UHGV virus genome: UHGV-1451352
DNA from: a virus
Reading direction: 5' to 3' (one strand)
Length of the DNA stretch: 24,654 nt
Below the pieces are notes generated by a model. The model was given only the letters and a program-made list of their open reading frames with translations, did not search any database and was not told where the DNA came from. A program made the translations under genes and the position numbers. Each line of letters opens with the position of its first letter. Position 1 is the first letter of the stretch. Positions 1 through 9,641 of the stretch are shown piece after piece.

Positions 1-55
1 TAACGAGCCCCTCCTAAGGGCTAATTGCAGGTTCGATTCCTGCAGGGGACACCAT
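1..55 (+). tRNA. argW: 3' 55 nt of a tRNA-Arg(CCU) gene, truncated by the window start; likely prophage attachment site
   Basis: Read directly: anticodon stem-loop AGCCC-CTCCTAA-GGGCT (anticodon CCT), variable TAATT, T-arm GCAGG-TTCGATT-CCTGC, acceptor 3' strand AGGGGAC, discriminator A, CCA ending at 55. Matches my recollection of E. coli argW. The 5' half lies outside the window. Confidence 0.85.
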
Positions 56-149
56 TTATCAGTTCGCTCCCATCCGCACCAGTCCGCAAAATCCCCTGAA
101 TATCAAGCCTTCCGTAGATTTACAGTTCGTCATGGTTCGCGTCAGATCG

Positions 150-179
150 TTGACAGCCGCACTCCATGACGGGTAAAAA
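150..179 (+). promoter_or_regulatory. Candidate sigma70 promoter upstream of the integrase
   Basis: Perfect -35 TTGACA at 150-155, 17-18 bp spacer, weak -10 GTAAAA/TAAAAA at 173-179. Sequence only; no expression evidence. Confidence 0.3.
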
Positions 180-215
180 GTGGATAAAATAATTTTACCC
201 ACCGGATTTTTACCC

Positions 216-1373
216 ATGCTCACCGTTAAGCAGATTGAAGCAGCAAAGCCGAAAGAAAAACCATACCGCCTTCTCGATGGTAATGGCCTGTACCTTTATG
301 TTCCTGTATCCGGGAAAAAGGTATGGCAGCTTCGCTACAAGATTGACGGTAAGGAGAAAATCCTGACCGTCGGAAAATATCCGCTTATGACTTTGCAGGA
401 AGCAAGGGATAAGGCATGGACTGCGAGGAAAGACATCTCGGTTGGCATCGATCCGGTAAAGGCGAAAAAGGCTTCGTCTAACAACAATTCATTTAGTGCG
501 ATTTACAAGGAATGGTACGAGCACAAGAAGCAAGTCTGGTCAGTAGGCTATGCAACTGAACTTGCCAAAATGTTTGATGACGACATTTTACCCATCATCG
601 GCGGTCTTGAGATTCAGGATATTGAGCCGATGCAACTGCTGGAAGTAATCCGCAGATTTGAAGATCGCGGTGCAATGGAGCGAGCCAACAAAGCCCGCAG
701 AAGATGCGGCGAGGTTTTTCGTTACGCTATTGTCACCGGAAGGGCTAAATATAACCCGGCACCTGACCTTGCAGACGCCATGAAAGGATACCGCAAGAAG
801 AACTTCCCGTTCCTTCCAGCAGACCAGATGCCTGCATTCAACAAAGCACTGGCAACATTTTCAGGAAGTATCGTATCGCTCATTGCGACCAAAGTTTTAC
901 GCTACACAGCCCTAAGAACGAAAGAGCTTCGTTCCATGCTATGGAAGAACGTCGATTTTGAAAACAGGATTATCACCATCGACGCCAGTGTGATGAAGGG
1001 ACGCAAAATTCATGTGGTCCCGATGTCAGACCAGGTGGTTGAACTTCTCACTACGCTAAGCTCCATCACCAAACCAGTATCAGAGTTTGTTTTTGCCGGA
1101 CGCAACGATAAGAAGAAGCCAATCTGCGAGAACGCGGTATTGCTTGTGATCAAACAAATCGGCTATGAAGGTCTGGAAAGCGGTCACGGATTCAGGCATG
1201 AATTCAGCACGATTATGAACGAGCACGAATGGCCTGCTGACGCTATTGAAGTGCAGCTGGCACATGCCAACGGCGGATCTGTGCGCGGTATTTACAACCA
1301 TGCTCAGTATCTCGATAAGCGCAGGGAGATGATGCAGTGGTGGGCGGACTGGCTTGATGAAAAGGTGGAGTGA
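216..1373 (+). CDS. int: P4-type tyrosine integrase (IntS-like, 385 aa)
   Basis: ORF 180..1373. N-terminal DUF4102-like region (LTVKQIEAAKPKEKPYRLLDGNGLYLYVPVSGKKVWQLRYKIDG) and C-terminal catalytic region (HGFRHEF ... RGIYNHAQY). Lies immediately 3' of the tRNA fragment. The ATG at 216 (MLTVKQ) gives the family-typical N-terminus; the GTG at 180 is the alternative start. Confidence 0.9.
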   Translation: MLTVKQIEAAKPKEKPYRLLDGNGLYLYVPVSGKKVWQLRYKIDGKEKILTVGKYPLMTLQEARDKAWTARKDISVGIDPVKAKKASSNNNSFSAIYKEWYEHKKQVWSVGYATELAKMFDDDILPIIGGLEIQDIEPMQLLEVIRRFEDRGAMERANKARRRCGEVFRYAIVTGRAKYNPAPDLADAMKGYRKKNFPFLPADQMPAFNKALATFSGSIVSLIATKVLRYTALRTKELRSMLWKNVDFENRIITIDASVMKGRKIHVVPMSDQVVELLTTLSSITKPVSEFVFAGRNDKKKPICENAVLLVIKQIGYEGLESGHGFRHEFSTIMNEHEWPADAIEVQLAHANGGSVRGIYNHAQYLDKRREMMQWWADWLDEKVE

Positions 1374-1404
1374 TCCACCTTAACCCATATCGAATAGAAC
1401 AAAG

Positions 1405-1446
1405 TCTTGCAATCCAGTGCAAAGCTTTGTGTGCATCAGTTTTTTA
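1405..1446. terminator. Possible terminator region between the convergent integrase and tailspike genes
   Basis: Short palindromes (TTGCA-ATCCAG-TGCAA; CAAAGCTTTG) followed by a T-run at 1440-1446 on the + strand. The stems are weak. Confidence 0.25.
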
Positions 1447-1450
1447 TAAG

Positions 1451-3700
1451 TTAATATGATACAGATATCTCACCTGTTGAGAAGTTCCCTGCGGATCCCT
1501 CTCTACTGCAAAGGGCATATTTTTTATCAACAACATCCCTTGAGTCAGTTGCCACTATCTCATGGCATATATTATTTGCCGACCTATGTACATACGTATT
1601 TACTATCGGCTTAGATGAAGATGAACCCTTAGCTCTCGAACCATCGATAAGACAGTCAGACACTGACATAAATCCTGAAACAAGGTTGTTACTCACATCC
1701 CAATCTATGGCCATTTTGTCAAAACAAACACTGCCAAGCATATATGTGTTTCCACCAGAATAGCCTACAAACCTACGTAATACACCACCATCATGCTTGA
1801 TGTAGCTCCTTGTCATTCCTGATGTGATATTCATATATGCAATATCCATATTGCACTCAATTCCGTAAAGGCAAGATGCATATTCTTGCCTGTATCCAAC
1901 ATAACATACAACTTTACATCCAGTTGATTTAGCTGGAGTCAATTTAATTACAGGAATATCTCTTGTAGATGCATCATGATATGAAATTGCTAACTCAAAT
2001 CTTGCGTCTTTACCATTAAAAGTGCTACCAGTAAAATCTATCAATGACGGCATTTTAAAGTCACGCAAAGGTGATGGCTGTGTTTTAAAGTTATTTTTAA
2101 ATGATAAAATATTGAGTGTTACCTCAGAAGGCCAGTATATATTCGTCTGTACAATTATATTCTTCGGAAGATGTAAAGTGCGCGGCTGGACAGGGTTCCC
2201 GGACGCGATAACATTGTCTGAACGACACAAAATCATATCCACCAAACCGGATGAACCCTCTGGAATACGAACGGATCCACCACGGACTATGAAATCACCT
2301 TTATGTTCACCGTAATCCGTACGTACTCCAAACGGCCCTATGTGAGAATTGATGATCTGTGTGGCCTCGTCGAACGCCCCAGTACCAACCATGACGCCTC
2401 CAGGTATCAGGCAATTATCAACAAGAATCTTTGAGCACCCATAGTGCATGTGAAAGCTATAAAGATTACTGTCTCTCACAACCACATCCCTGCAATAGTT
2501 GCCATCAATAGACCTCCACCCCTTACCCACTTCGCAGCCGATAAAAGTATGTTTAAGGGTGTACTCCATAGCTACGGTATAACGAGAATTATTATCCGTC
2601 TGCGTAATACCCGCACTCGTTAATCTCCAGTTAACTCCGTAGGTGGTAGAGCTACCAAAAATATTAGAATCTGTAGCTGTCATCCCCATGTCATTAAAGT
2701 AAACAACCTCAACATCAACTAAAGAACGTTGGATATCAAAAGCATAGCGTGAAAATTGACCAGTGAAACGCGGCAATACAATTTTATTACGCTTATTTGG
2801 TAGCTTAAATAACGTACAAGTTACGGGGTCGTTGTAAGTATTTTTAAGACTGTAAGCCAATTCCCCTGACTTAGTCATAAAGTTCACTTCACCTTTATAT
2901 TTTGGGCTGAATACACCACCAAGCAACCTATAGAGATCAACCTCTGTTGGACTTATTATTTTGACGATCGAATTACCCCACCCTGTTAAATCCTCAACAC
3001 AAGAAAAAACTGAGGTTAATTCGTTCAATGGGTATGTTGATATATTAACTTCCTTTATATAACTATCATCATCCCTTTCATCTTTATACACAACCTTTCC
3101 GTTTGTTAAGTGGAAAGTACAATTACTCAAATCAAAATCACCATATAGATGTGTTTCTTTATCTATGGTGAAAGTTAGTGGCACGCTTGAGTAGATTTTC
3201 ACTGGATTTCCTTTAAACTCAGCAAAAACAGAATTCAACTGATCGCTATTTCTTTCACCATCAGCAGCAGCTATATCGTATACAGAAAGCCTGACCTCTA
3301 ACCCCCCTATTATTTTGTAACCGTCTGGCGAACTAATTTCATCCATGAACCTTTGCTCAAACTGGTCAGGGTCATACTTCAGCACATTCGGAAAATAGAA
3401 CTGCTGAGAACCGTACGCATCGTATACAGCCATAGAATGGCCTTGCACAGTTACGAATTTGGCAATCTGTCCGTTATATACAGGATACCCGCCAGCGTTA
3501 ATGATGATTGGCTGTGCAACAGGAACGAGAGAACCGTCTTCGTTTTCCACATAAACCTGAATCCGGTTTTCAGGATTTACCGGGTCAGTGTCAATTTTCC
3601 CGATATAAATTTTTCCATTGGCTACGGCTTTAAAAGAACGAGCCATAGTGAAGAGTTGCGAAGGCATCGATACGATCACATTGGCTGTAATGTCTGTCAT
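1451..3700 (-). CDS. Tailspike (P22 gp9-like N-terminal head-binding domain joined to a divergent receptor-binding body), 749 aa
   Basis: The first ~115 aa ([17 protein letters not shown]...[19 protein letters not shown]...[15 protein letters not shown]...NVLKYDPDQ) match the P22 tailspike N-terminal domain as I recall it. The remainder is AT-rich and unrelated to the P22 body. GGAG ribosome-binding site 9 nt upstream of the ATG. Confidence 0.85.
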   Translation of the reverse strand: MTDITANVIVSMPSQLFTMARSFKAVANGKIYIGKIDTDPVNPENRIQVYVENEDGSLVPVAQPIIINAGGYPVYNGQIAKFVTVQGHSMAVYDAYGSQQFYFPNVLKYDPDQFEQRFMDEISSPDGYKIIGGLEVRLSVYDIAAADGERNSDQLNSVFAEFKGNPVKIYSSVPLTFTIDKETHLYGDFDLSNCTFHLTNGKVVYKDERDDDSYIKEVNISTYPLNELTSVFSCVEDLTGWGNSIVKIISPTEVDLYRLLGGVFSPKYKGEVNFMTKSGELAYSLKNTYNDPVTCTLFKLPNKRNKIVLPRFTGQFSRYAFDIQRSLVDVEVVYFNDMGMTATDSNIFGSSTTYGVNWRLTSAGITQTDNNSRYTVAMEYTLKHTFIGCEVGKGWRSIDGNYCRDVVVRDSNLYSFHMHYGCSKILVDNCLIPGGVMVGTGAFDEATQIINSHIGPFGVRTDYGEHKGDFIVRGGSVRIPEGSSGLVDMILCRSDNVIASGNPVQPRTLHLPKNIIVQTNIYWPSEVTLNILSFKNNFKTQPSPLRDFKMPSLIDFTGSTFNGKDARFELAISYHDASTRDIPVIKLTPAKSTGCKVVCYVGYRQEYASCLYGIECNMDIAYMNITSGMTRSYIKHDGGVLRRFVGYSGGNTYMLGSVCFDKMAIDWDVSNNLVSGFMSVSDCLIDGSRAKGSSSSKPIVNTYVHRSANNICHEIVATDSRDVVDKKYALCSREGSAGNFSTGEISVSY

Positions 3701-3756
3701 TTAATTTGCTCCAGATACAAGGAAACGTCGCTGAGTGGCTACGGTGAATTTTGGGC

Positions 3757-3781
3757 ATAAAAAAACCCAGCCGAAGCTGGG
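3757..3781 (-). terminator. Intrinsic terminator between ant and the tailspike gene
   Basis: On the - strand RNA: CCCAGC-UUCG-GCUGGG hairpin followed by UUUUUUUAU. Same position as the ant terminator of P22. Confidence 0.6.
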
Positions 3782-3800
3782 TCGTTGCGTTGGTTATCTG

Positions 3801-4679
3801 TCAGTAGTTATGTACTGAAGGAGGTAATTCTTTATTCTTGAGTCTCATCCATGCGGAAAGATTCGTTGGTCCATCTGGCTCATTAATATCAACATCTCGT
3901 GTGTGGTTTATTAAAACGTCTCTCGCCATTCCGATAACATACGAGAATTCATGACCGTAGTCGTAGCATCTGCCGGAATAGTTCGATTGAATTTGTTTTA
4001 ATGCCGGATACAGTTCGCGGAATAATGCCTGTGAGCGGTTGGCATAATCCCATAACCATACAAGGCTGTTTTCTTCTTTTGCAGAAAGCTCGTTGGTTTT
4101 CTTCTCTTGTTTGCCGATGAACTCACCTTCAAGCACTACCCTGTGGATGTACTCTACGGCCAGCGGGATTTGTTCAATTGAAAGTTCATCAATGCTGTCA
4201 ATACCAAAACGCTGATGAACCATATTGTATGCATCGTCATAGCGAAGTCCTTTCTTTCCTACCAGCATGTTTACTGCATCGCGTAGCGGCGTTCTTTCCT
4301 CAACAGTGGTTTTCTTGCCTTTCACATACTCGCCATGTTTGCGAATTGAAGGTAGAACTTCTGCTGTTACCCACTTGCGGAATTTGTGCGGGACCGAACC
4401 TTTATTGACAGCATCGCGGCAGCGCAGAACCAATGTATACATACCTGATTCGCTAACAATGCTTAGATTCTGCTCACCACCAAGGGTGTAACTTAAAGTT
4501 ACTCCCTTTTCATCGTCATCAAGTGCAGTAAGCGCCTTGCGTGAGTTAGTCAGGGTTAAAGCATCACAAACATCTTTTGCTACAAACCACGGCTCACCGC
4601 ATTTGTTGATGACGCGGATTTCACTGTCGCCGAATTTGAAGATGGTGAAATCGTTTTGTGCCTTTGCTATACTTTTCAT
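3801..4679 (-). CDS. ant: Antirepressor Ant (Bro-N/KilA-type N-terminal domain), ~292 aa
   Basis: ORF 3801..4745. Bro-N-like motif [16 protein letters not shown]. Sits in the P22 immI position downstream of arc. The ATG at 4679 has an AGGAAA ribosome-binding site; the longer frame to 4745 would run up to the arc stop and is unlikely. Confidence 0.8.
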   Translation of the reverse strand: MKSIAKAQNDFTIFKFGDSEIRVINKCGEPWFVAKDVCDALTLTNSRKALTALDDDEKGVTLSYTLGGEQNLSIVSESGMYTLVLRCRDAVNKGSVPHKFRKWVTAEVLPSIRKHGEYVKGKKTTVEERTPLRDAVNMLVGKKGLRYDDAYNMVHQRFGIDSIDELSIEQIPLAVEYIHRVVLEGEFIGKQEKKTNELSAKEENSLVWLWDYANRSQALFRELYPALKQIQSNYSGRCYDYGHEFSYVIGMARDVLINHTRDVDINEPDGPTNLSAWMRLKNKELPPSVHNY

Positions 4680-4747
4680 GTCAATATTTCCTAATCCGAT
4701 TTGTTGATACCGAAGCCCTGACTGTTCCCGCAGTTGGGGCTTCAACT
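4679..4747 (+). ncRNA. Candidate sar-like antisense RNA covering the ant ribosome-binding site
   Basis: From established P22 biology: a ~68-nt antisense RNA starts at the ant start region and ends near the arc 3' end. Here a TATACT -10-like hexamer sits at 4668-4673 and a GAAGCCC...GGGGCTTC hairpin at ~4711-4742. Endpoints are not verified. Confidence 0.3.
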
Positions 4748-4909
4748 TTACGCGCCAATGCGCCCTTCCTTCTTAAAGCTTTCCATTACTCTCTGATAAA
4801 TCTCAGAGTTAACAGACCGACCATTCTCTTCCGCCACCTTGCGTACCAAATCCAATACTTCTTTAGGCCACCGCAAATTGAACTGCGGCATCTTGCTCAT
4901 TCCTTTCAT
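4748..4909 (-). CDS. arc: Arc repressor (53 aa)
   Basis: [53 protein letters not shown] is essentially the P22 Arc sequence. The listed ORF 4748..4972 has a 21-aa extension that is the translation of the Arc operator itself. GAGGTGA ribosome-binding site before the ATG at 4909. Confidence 0.92.
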   Translation of the reverse strand: MKGMSKMPQFNLRWPKEVLDLVRKVAEENGRSVNSEIYQRVMESFKKEGRIGA

Positions 4910-4925
4910 ATTCACCTCACAATAT

Positions 4926-4942
4926 AGGTCCACGGTGGACCT
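4926..4942. promoter_or_regulatory. Mnt operator (Omnt), 17-bp palindrome
   Basis: Exact palindrome AGGTCCACGGTGGACCT read in the sequence; matches the P22 Mnt operator as I recall it. Positioned at the Pant start site. Confidence 0.85.
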
Positions 4943-4943
4943 A

Positions 4944-4977
4944 TTGAGAATATAGTAGAGTGCTTCTATCATGTCAA
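4944..4977. promoter_or_regulatory. Divergent Pant / Pmnt promoter pair
   Basis: - strand: -35 TTGACA (4977..4972), 17-bp spacer, -10 TATATT (4954..4949), driving arc-ant. + strand: -35 TTGAGA (4944-4949), 17-bp spacer, -10 TATCAT (4967-4972), driving mnt. Confidence 0.7.
4952..4972. promoter_or_regulatory. Arc operator (Oarc)
   Basis: ATAGTAGAGTGCTTCTATCAT read in the sequence; matches the P22 Arc operator as I recall it. Lies between the -35 and -10 of Pant. Confidence 0.85.
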
Positions 4978-4999
4978 TACACTAACTTGGAGTGATGGC

Positions 5000-5251
5000 A
5001 TGGCTAGAGATGATCCGCACTTTAACTTCCGTATGCCTATGGAAGTAAGGGAGAAATTAAAATTCAGGGCGAAGGCGAATGGGAGATCAATGAACTCCGA
5101 GTTGTTACAAATCGTCCAAGATGCTCTATCAAAACCATCGCCTGTGACTGGATATCGCGACGATGCAGAACGACTCGCTGATGAGCAGTCAGAGCTTGTT
5201 AAGAAGATGGTGTTTGATACGCTGAAGTATTTGTACAAAAAACCCACCTGA
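5000..5251 (+). CDS. mnt: Mnt repressor (83 aa)
   Basis: MARDDPHFNFRMPMEVREKLKFRAKANGRSMNSELLQIVQDALSK... is near-identical to P22 Mnt as I recall it. GGAGTG ribosome-binding site upstream. Confidence 0.92.
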   Translation: MARDDPHFNFRMPMEVREKLKFRAKANGRSMNSELLQIVQDALSKPSPVTGYRDDAERLADEQSELVKKMVFDTLKYLYKKPT

Positions 5252-5270
5252 AGGTGGGTCCTATTTATTA
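5237..5270. terminator. Bidirectional intrinsic terminator between the convergent mnt and lipoprotein genes
   Basis: CCCACC-TGAA-GGTGGG hairpin (the mnt stop codon is in the loop), flanked by an A6 run on the + strand (U-run for the - transcript) and a T-rich tract downstream on the + strand. Confidence 0.6.
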
Positions 5271-5687
5271 GTCTTGCTTTGTTGATGGTATAAGAGATGC
5301 GTTTGCCTCTTTTGGCTTCAAGGTATACATCCCACCATTAAAAGGATCTACAGCAAGCCAACCAATTAACCCACCAAACACAAGGTTTCCACCAATATAC
5401 CAACCATTAGCATTGGCTTTGATTGGCAGGGTAACTGGTTCGTACCCATCCTTTTCCATAGTGATCTGGTAGCTCTTTTTGCCAAAATAACTACCATCTG
5501 ACTTGGCAAGAGTTACTCCTTGCGGGGTCTTGCCTTGCGCAACAATCACGCCTGATTCGTCTTTTACTTTAAAGCTCGCACCGGAAGGATTGCTGTTCAC
5601 TTGCACGAGCTGTGTTTCGTCACCAACAATAGTTGCGCACCCAGATAACAATATAGCGCCAGCAACAACGCCGATAATCCTCTTCAT
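5268..5687 (-). CDS. Putative lipoprotein (signal peptide plus lipobox), moron in the sieA-equivalent position
   Basis: ORF 5268..5720. MKRIIGVVAGAILLSGC has a type II signal peptide with an L-S-G-C lipobox. Start taken at the ATG at 5687. GC content is lower than the flanking structural genes. No family recognised. Confidence 0.6.
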   Translation of the reverse strand: MKRIIGVVAGAILLSGCATIVGDETQLVQVNSNPSGASFKVKDESGVIVAQGKTPQGVTLAKSDGSYFGKKSYQITMEKDGYEPVTLPIKANANGWYIGGNLVFGGLIGWLAVDPFNGGMYTLKPKEANASLIPSTKQD

Positions 5688-5805
5688 ATCAATTTCCATA
5701 TTTGAAAAAACCGGAAACATCCTAATGACAAACCATTCAAATGTGAAGTAGGCAAAAGATGTTTACTTTTTTCATGGTATCCTGCTCAAAACTAAGGAGG
5801 TTGGT

Positions 5806-6129
5806 GTGTATACAACAGTTATCGTGATAGCTATCGCACTCATTGTGGTTCAGTACCAACTGGCATCTTTAAAACAAAAGATATCTGACCTCAAGACTGA
5901 GAACGAAGCACTTAAAAACTCAATAAAAGATGAGAAGAACAAACTATCATTCACTATATCTGATATTGAGCAATCCATTGAAATTATTGAGAATAATATT
6001 AACAGACTAAAAAAAGAAGATATTCATGAAATCAATGACAATATCAAGGATTTGAAATCTTGGCTTAGGAATGTAGGACAAATCGCCACATCAACACGAG
6101 ATAAGCTCAATCCATCCATGGATGATTAA
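5806..6129 (+). CDS. Small membrane-anchored coiled-coil protein (107 aa), AT-rich moron
   Basis: GTG start 5 nt after a strong AGGAGG ribosome-binding site. N-terminal hydrophobic helix (TVIVIAIALIVVQY) followed by a K/E-rich heptad-like region. About 30-35 percent GC by eye versus roughly 50 percent in neighbours. On the opposite strand to the late operon. Confidence 0.55.
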   Translation: MYTTVIVIAIALIVVQYQLASLKQKISDLKTENEALKNSIKDEKNKLSFTISDIEQSIEIIENNINRLKKEDIHEINDNIKDLKSWLRNVGQIATSTRDKLNPSMDD

Positions 6130-8256
6130 TTACTCCTGTGCTATTCCGCTTAGCGACGCTACAATGCCAGCCCTCGCTAAGCGATTGAACTCTTCGTTTC
6201 CAACTGCATCACGTATTGCTTTTACGGCGGCTTTATTTGCCATAAATCTGCGTTCCGCCGCCGCTAATGCTTCTTTACTTCCGCCAGCTCTTACTGCTTT
6301 CGTGGCTTCCTGAACTGCTTTCTCTATCGCATATCGACCGCTACGCGTGGTGGCAATTTTAGATACAGCACCTTTTAACCCGGCGCCAACTAAAGCACCT
6401 GCGGCCGCGCCTGCAATGCCCCCACCTGCTCCACCAACAATGGCACCCGACGTTGAGTTTGCAATTGCATTTAATACTGTTGAGGTAACGTTGGATAAAC
6501 CAGCGTCAAGATCACGTAGAACATTGGCTGTTCTCCCTGTTCTTTCAATATACTGCTGAGGCTTCACTGCCGCTCTTGCAAGAGTGCCATATGCATCAGC
6601 AATTCTTCCAAGTTCTGAGGAATATCTGCTAATGGCTTTTACATTTTGTGGGGTAAGTATCCCTGCGATATGGTTAATTCCTGCTGCATCAGATTTGCCA
6701 CCACGTACACCATGCGAGATAGCATCCTGCAACATTGATGATATAGCAGGAACACGCTCTGATTCTGGCAGCGCGCGGATCATAGAATGGAATCCAGCAG
6801 GACCATTAAGACCTTTAGCTGACGATGATTGAAGAGATTTTACTCCATTCGTAATCAGTGCATCTGTTGCCAAATCACGCCCAAAAACAGACTCTGCACT
6901 CTCTTGTGCGGATAGCCTCGCTTTAGACAGATCATTAGCTTTTTGCCAGTCATCAAGAAATCCGCCGTTTTCCGCCATTGTGCGCATATCATCAGTAATT
7001 GCCCGGCGTATTTCCCCTGCTCTCCTTGCCGCATTTGCCTCTCCGCTACGCTTATATTTTTGCTCAGCATCAGCAAATTTCGCTCTCCATGCTTTCATGC
7101 CATCAAATGTTACTCCACCTTGATTGTTTGCCTGAACAAACTGTTTCATTTCAGGAGTAAGCGGTATGCCAGCAGATCGCTCTGCCTGAATAACGGCATT
7201 ACCATTTAGCATTCTTGCTTTTTGATTTGGCATTGTTGACCGCACGTCATCCCATGCCGCGCGCTCGGCATCCTTCATCTGATCAAGATTTTGAAGAATC
7301 CTTTGTTTTATAGCCGCACTTTTTTCTGATGCCGTTCCAGATGCGGCCCCAAATTCATCAAGGTTTCGACTTAACTTTGATGATATTTCGTTAAATGCTG
7401 CCTGATGGGCATCCTGAACAATTCCTGGTGTTGATGCCAATGCGCCTTCGGCTTGTGCAATTCCACGACTTCCAGATCGCATTCCTGGTGTTAATGCGTT
7501 TATATCAATTCCAGCAGACTCAGCCGCTTTTGCTACATCTTCGGACACATTAGCGGCCTGACTGGCAATTGACTGACGCCCAGCACCTGACTTTGCCATC
7601 CTGGAAACATCATTAGCAGAATTCAGTGCTGCACCACCAAGAGCCTGTGAAACTCTTGGCGCAATAACGCGCCCGACACCTGAAAGAACGCCTTGAGCAC
7701 CAATATTGATACCACCGTTAATGGCAGCATTTTGTGCAAAGTCGCCCTCCTGATTTGCAGCATCAGCAAGAGAACCTGCAATCATGTTTCCTGCGGAACC
7801 GATATCTCCAGCGAGCTTTGCTGTCGCTCCAACAGCTTTTGCCGCTGTGCCAATTGGCAGGAGATACCCACCAATTGTTTCACCGGCTTGTGCGTAAGGG
7901 TCTGTCGGTCGATCGACAGGGCGATAAACATCATCCAAAACCTTGGGGCCACCAAGCCCCTGACTGATTGCATTAATCAGACTTGCGCCACCCTGCAATA
8001 CGTCAAATGGTATGTTTACCAGACCACGACCAGCCTGTTCTGCAATTTGCCCTGCACTTTGACCACCAGTGAGCCAATCGCCAGCTTGTTGCATCAATGA
8101 TGGTTCTTCCCGTGTTGGTGCATTATTGGCCTGATTAACTGTTTGTTGCTGAACAGCCTGACCAGCAAAATACTCATCAATGGCGGTGCCAATATCTTCG
8201 GTGCTCGTACCATCAGGAAAGGTAAATGTCTTACCGTTTGCAGTTACTTTCATCAT
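6130..8256 (-). CDS. Ejection (injection) protein, P22 gp16-like, 708 aa
   Basis: Position and order match P22 (7-20-16). Gly/Ala-rich low-complexity protein. N-terminus [16 protein letters not shown] matches my recollection of gp16. Confidence 0.8.
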   Translation of the reverse strand: MMKVTANGKTFTFPDGTSTEDIGTAIDEYFAGQAVQQQTVNQANNAPTREEPSLMQQAGDWLTGGQSAGQIAEQAGRGLVNIPFDVLQGGASLINAISQGLGGPKVLDDVYRPVDRPTDPYAQAGETIGGYLLPIGTAAKAVGATAKLAGDIGSAGNMIAGSLADAANQEGDFAQNAAINGGINIGAQGVLSGVGRVIAPRVSQALGGAALNSANDVSRMAKSGAGRQSIASQAANVSEDVAKAAESAGIDINALTPGMRSGSRGIAQAEGALASTPGIVQDAHQAAFNEISSKLSRNLDEFGAASGTASEKSAAIKQRILQNLDQMKDAERAAWDDVRSTMPNQKARMLNGNAVIQAERSAGIPLTPEMKQFVQANNQGGVTFDGMKAWRAKFADAEQKYKRSGEANAARRAGEIRRAITDDMRTMAENGGFLDDWQKANDLSKARLSAQESAESVFGRDLATDALITNGVKSLQSSSAKGLNGPAGFHSMIRALPESERVPAISSMLQDAISHGVRGGKSDAAGINHIAGILTPQNVKAISRYSSELGRIADAYGTLARAAVKPQQYIERTGRTANVLRDLDAGLSNVTSTVLNAIANSTSGAIVGGAGGGIAGAAAGALVGAGLKGAVSKIATTRSGRYAIEKAVQEATKAVRAGGSKEALAAAERRFMANKAAVKAIRDAVGNEEFNRLARAGIVASLSGIAQE

Positions 8257-9632
8257 TCCACCGTAAATTGAATGCCTGATTTTGACGTGTAGCTACCTCC
8301 TGCTGATTGCTGAGTAGGCGGCTGTTGCATTGATGATTTCTTCCCTCCATTACCGACATTAACGTTATATTGCTGGTTGTAATTGTCGGTATATTGCTGA
8401 ATGTCGCGCATTGATTGTTGCAGTGCTTCAGGGCTTGAGAAATCAACCTGTGGCATACCTTGAAAATACATCTTTGCTTCTGCAACGGTGTTGATACCGG
8501 ATGCCCCCATGTCTCTGGCTGCTGCAATGCCCTGATTCTGCATCTTTCCTTGGATTCGCTGTGCAGCGTTGTATAGTTTCCTCTGATCACCACCAGATGC
8601 ACGGCTACGAATATCTGCACCAAGAGCAGGAGAACCTGAAGAGCCTGTAATGCCAGTCATGAAGCCAAGATCGTCAATTGATGCACCAGAAATTGCATCA
8701 AGATCTTTCTTCATTGCGTAATTCTGCGCGCTTGCTGCCGATGTAGCCGGAGCGGCAATAGAGCCAGCAGGGACGCGAACCATATTCCCCTCGTTGTCGA
8801 TACCTTCGTAGAACGCATTAGCCCCAGCGCCGTGAAGCTTCCCGCCTACCGTTACAGTTCTGCCATCTGCTAACTGAACTGTACGCTCATTATTCCCAAC
8901 CGACCCTTTCATTGATGCTCTCTGCATCGATAAATCCTGACCGCGCATCGTGATATTCTGACCACGCGCTGTTAGCGCCTCGCCAGCCTGATTGCTGCGG
9001 ATTGTCTCTGCCAGTCTGCCTCGGTCAATTTCACGACCAGCCATCTTGTCCTGAACAGCAAACGCCTTTTCTGGTCCAAGCGCACCGAGAGACATAGTAG
9101 TCAGCATGTGTGATAGCTGCTCTGGATTCTGGATACCTGTCTGAATCATCCAGTCAGCATTCGCACCCACACGATTTAACCTGTCCTTGTTGTCAGTAAT
9201 GAATTTACTGTAGGCTTCCGGTCCCTGAGAAAGAGCGACGTTAGCCCTCATGGCTAAATCGCCCATATCGTTGCGTTGCTGATCATTAAGACCGGAAAAC
9301 GCCTGTTGTGCCTGTGCAACAAACGCTGGATTTTCCTGGGCAAACTTAAATAGTCCCGATGGATCACCAGAAGCCCATGCATCAGCGTGAACCTTATTGA
9401 ACGCACTAATAGCTTTCTGTTGCTGTTCCTGATTGTAAATATCAGCAACTCCAGCCAGACCACGTAACGCGGTCAGGCCAACGTTATTTGCACCTGAGCG
9501 AGCCAGTTCATTGTTTTCGCGGATCAGACCAAGCGTTGCGTTAATGTCGCTTGCCTTTGGCGCATTCTCATTTTGCGTACCGATGCCAGCCAGAAAACCA
9601 CCAGAATTAATACCCTGTTGCCACGTAGCCAT
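8253..9632 (-). CDS. Ejection protein, P22 gp20-like, 459 aa
   Basis: Synteny between gp7 and gp16; size close to P22 gp20; 4-nt overlap with the downstream gene. Confidence 0.8.
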   Translation of the reverse strand: MATWQQGINSGGFLAGIGTQNENAPKASDINATLGLIRENNELARSGANNVGLTALRGLAGVADIYNQEQQQKAISAFNKVHADAWASGDPSGLFKFAQENPAFVAQAQQAFSGLNDQQRNDMGDLAMRANVALSQGPEAYSKFITDNKDRLNRVGANADWMIQTGIQNPEQLSHMLTTMSLGALGPEKAFAVQDKMAGREIDRGRLAETIRSNQAGEALTARGQNITMRGQDLSMQRASMKGSVGNNERTVQLADGRTVTVGGKLHGAGANAFYEGIDNEGNMVRVPAGSIAAPATSAASAQNYAMKKDLDAISGASIDDLGFMTGITGSSGSPALGADIRSRASGGDQRKLYNAAQRIQGKMQNQGIAAARDMGASGINTVAEAKMYFQGMPQVDFSSPEALQQSMRDIQQYTDNYNQQYNVNVGNGGKKSSMQQPPTQQSAGGSYTSKSGIQFTVE

Positions 9633-9641
9633 GATTACCCC

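Noticed and set aside
1080-1301. 73-aa ORF on the - strand inside the integrase gene
   Set aside because: Fully antisense to a well-supported integrase coding region, with no ribosome-binding site or conserved features; shadow ORF.
2022-3760. ORFs on the + strand (97 aa and 135 aa) overlapping the tailspike gene
   Set aside because: Antisense to the tailspike coding sequence; low-complexity translations; no start signals.
4178-4927. Several + strand ORFs (76, 74 and 89 aa) across ant and arc
   Set aside because: Antisense to ant and arc; likely byproducts of codon bias. Only the short sar-like antisense RNA is plausible here, not a protein.
4748-4972. 74-aa extended Arc ORF starting at 4972
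   Set aside because: The extra 21 codons are the translation of the Arc operator and the Pant -10 region; the ATG at 4909 with a ribosome-binding site gives the canonical 53-aa Arc.
6122-8100. + strand ORFs (63-135 aa) inside the gp16-like ejection gene
   Set aside because: Antisense to a Gly/Ala-rich gene, which generates long spurious open frames on the opposite strand.
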